In this document: in pieces, positions 61,275-64,000 of the stretch
Position numbering within the stretch: position 1 is the stretch's first letter
Layout: every line of letters begins with the position of its first letter
NCBI RefSeq assembly: GCF_009834535.1
Contig: NC_045697.1
Location: forward strand, 102,488,001 to 102,552,000
DNA from: Camelus ferus
Taxonomy: Eukaryota
Direction of reading: 5' to 3'
DNA length: 64,000 nucleotides
Program-made: the position numbers and the translations under genes
The notes under the pieces: model-generated
Seen by the model: the letters and a program-made list of their open reading frames with translations, nothing else
The model's database searches: none
What the model was told of the DNA's origin: nothing

Positions 61275-64000
61275 CCTGATGTTCTGTTTGAATTAACAAT
61301 TCTCAGACAAATTTATTTCTCTTGTCTGAACAGCGAAAGGTTCCGGTCTCAGAAGCACAGGTTTGCTTGAGTGGTCCACACTGGTCTCCAAGTCCTCTTG
61401 CTCCTTTCCTGACACGTGCTAGCAAAACATAGACATTTGGATCACAATTAACAAAGGAAATGCCATAACCTGCCTTATAATAAAAGTATAGACTTTATAG
61501 AGAATTAAAAATACCACCCCTCGGTTCTTATGTTAATCCTTAGAAGCCCTTTCGTTATTAAGAGAACAACAGTTCTGCTGGAGGCCTTCACACCTGTGTG
61601 CCTGGGGCATGTATGTAAGTTAAGTTAGAAGGTGGTCTTGTGTTGGCAGAAACTCTGCCTAATTTTCATGTAATTTATCTGTTATAAAACCAAGCTTTTT
61701 TTCTTTTTCCCATCATGTTTTACAGTAGAGAAAGCTCAGTGATAATATACTAATTAACCTTTGTGTCGGAAGTTACCCAGAACATGTGTTTATTCTCTTT
61801 AATACTTGTATTTTGGGCCCTGCGTATTTCTAATAGCACAGCACTGTTTAAGATCCCCCTCCACAAAACCCCAAATCAGCATCATAAGAAAGTAGGAGGG
61901 GGGGTGAAACAACTAAAAACTTACTTTGTTATCTGCTTCCATGCAAAAATTCCTGGAGGGCAGGAATTCATTTTTATTGATTATCTTATCCCTGGTGCCA
62001 AGTACAAGGTCTAACGCGTAGTAGGCATTCAATAAATATTTGTCGAATGAATGTTAAATACAAAAATTTTTGTCAAGGCAGTATCAAGGAATATCTTGAA
62101 CTCAGCAGTGTGTTGTTTAATTTACATTCCCTGGCTTTCTGTTTCATTGCCGTAGGCCCGTTGGGTACACTGCTGAACTTGAACCTAGTCACTTGCCAAA
62201 TGGTCACCAAGAAAACTATGCAAAAATGAGAAACAGTGCTTCCAGTTCAGTGCTGTCCAGTCCCGTTTCCTAAAATGCACAAGTCAATTGTCAAATATAA
62301 AATGTTAAAACAAATTTTAAATAAGTTGGAAATCAGAAAAAATTAACTTTAACCACATTGAAAGTATGAAGTTAATGTTTTCTTTAAATACCATCATGAA
62401 AGACCATGCCCCACAAGTTCTCTTAAAAAAGAAAAAGAATTCTTTCTGTCACAATCATTTTATGACTACCTGTCTTTTTCAACAGATGCTTCATTTCCTT
62501 CAAAGAATCTTCCTTAGTCAATTGGTTAGAACTTTGAGGTGCTCACCAGGGAGGAGTTTACCTCAAAACTATGGGACTAGATCTGATCTAGGATTTACAC
62601 GAAAGTCATTGATCCTCTTTGTTTGGGGTTTTGTCTCTTTTCTGCTGACTGTGTGAAATTGTTCCTGAGAGCTGAATGATAATCAGAATGGCAGTGAACT
62701 ACTTATTCAAAGTCCCTAAGGAGGGTTTTATGATTTATTCTGAAACATGGGTTAATCTCAAGGCTCCAAAGTGTATAGAGATATTATCTTCAAATCATTC
62801 GACTACCTGATTTTTAGGAGTCATTGGTGCTTGGTGAGGGTCTGTCCAGAAGTTGATGTGGTACTGGGAGGACTGAGCAAGGGGAAGGGACAAAGGGAGA
62901 AGCTCGTTGTAGCCTCTGAAGATGCTCAGATGAGAGTTCAATCAGTGAGCTTGGGGGGAAAAAAAAATTACCCAAACAGAGGAAACCCTGACATCTCGCT
63001 TATAAATTACTTGTTGCCCATTTGGTTCTAGTAGTGATGTGTGCTCCTAGAAGCATAAGGTATACACAAAGGGTTTCTTATCAGTAATGAAGTACAAAGT
63101 ATAATGTGAATAGTTTGGACACATTGCTGCTTTTCACATGGGGAAGGATAAAATATTTTGGACATTGAGTTAACAGTTTTCAAAACTATGCTGTTAGAAG
63201 TCACTGTCGTTTTGAAAGGTGTGGCTCCCCGCACCACGGGTCTTCCTTTGCCATTCTACAAATATGTTTTTCTCCCTTTTTAACCAGCTTGGCTGAACTA
63301 ATTAATCACTAGAGGTTCCTTCTCCCCAGATGCTCACCAGAAACAGTTCAATAATTTGACATTTCTGGAAGGCTGCATGGTTTTAATTCCATCAGGCTAC
63401 ACATAATGAGGGGAAGGAGGAAGGGGAAAGTCAGTAACATCGACACAAGGGCTTCTTGCTGAGCCTGGGAGAGCTGGGCTGCTGGCTTCCGTCCTGCCTC
63501 CAGGGGCCAACACCCCGGCTCTGATGCCGATGAAGACGATGCTTGAAGCAACCATAGAGGACCTGGAAGCGTCAGATGTCTCGTGGTGTTTCTGGCAGTG
63601 TGGCCTCTGACCCTGCTCCAAAGTTAAGGCTTAAACACCCAATCGACGTATTCTCCATGCTTGTGATTGGTCAGTAACATACTTTGAATGGACAGCGTAA
63701 CTCTGAAGGCTAATTCAAGCTATGTGAGCCTACTAATATTTTAATCTCCTGACAGCAGTCATACATGTCTCTTTCCCAGTCTCTGAACATTTAGGAGTTG
63801 TGTTATCCTAGATAATTTTAAAAGCTAGTTTCGAGAGACACTCTAGAATATTTACATAAAACATTAAATTTTGTCCTCAATATAATTATGAGAGTATTTC
63901 TCTGAAATGACTTAAAAGTAATTAGTCATGTGTCTAAACCCCCCACAACACTACTTTGCACCTAGAAGTTGACTTTAAAAACATGAAATCATATGTAATG

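Larger units (their letters stand above)
24906..64000 (+). other. HHIP: HHIP intron 4 (incomplete, >39 kb)
   Basis: No sequence encoding the expected next exon (GGDERGLLSLAFHPNY...) found before the window end; AT-rich and repeat-laden. Confidence 0.85.

Noticed and set aside
1..64000. CRISPR arrays, operons or other prokaryote-type systems; a nested protein-coding gene in intron 4
   Set aside because: The sequence is a mammalian locus; I saw no regularly spaced repeat-spacer array, and no intronic ORF resembled a known protein.

Overview
Mammalian genomic DNA. Three tRNA-derived SINEs of camelid type suggest a camelid (camel/alpaca). The window holds the 5' part of HHIP (Hedgehog-interacting protein) on the + strand: a CpG-island promoter at about 10.0-12.1 kb and coding exons 1-4 (11592-11870, 17582-17774, 23688-23844, 24704-24905; 831 nt = 277 codons, all with GT-AG junctions and consistent phases). 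The rest is the first 39 kb of a long intron 4; exon 5 was not found. Upstream lie old repeats (L1M, LTR16, MLT1, L2, MER2, MER91) and splice signals consistent with a divergent HHIP-AS1-like lncRNA. Almost all other ORFs in the track are noise or decayed L1. The most interesting region is the start of intron 4. It combines a weak exon-4 donor, a 37-codon hydrophobic/basic read-through tail, an in-frame alternative donor, a perfect AG|GTAAGT recursive-splice-like site and several AATAAA signals, which together could act as an isoform switch. Also notable: an intronic GLI-motif cluster (~47.7 kb), a CpG-rich old LTR, a perfect 14-bp hairpin and a twin-primed inverted L1. I see no convincing wholly new gene system. 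Repeat subfamily names and comparisons with human HHIP come from memory, not from a search.
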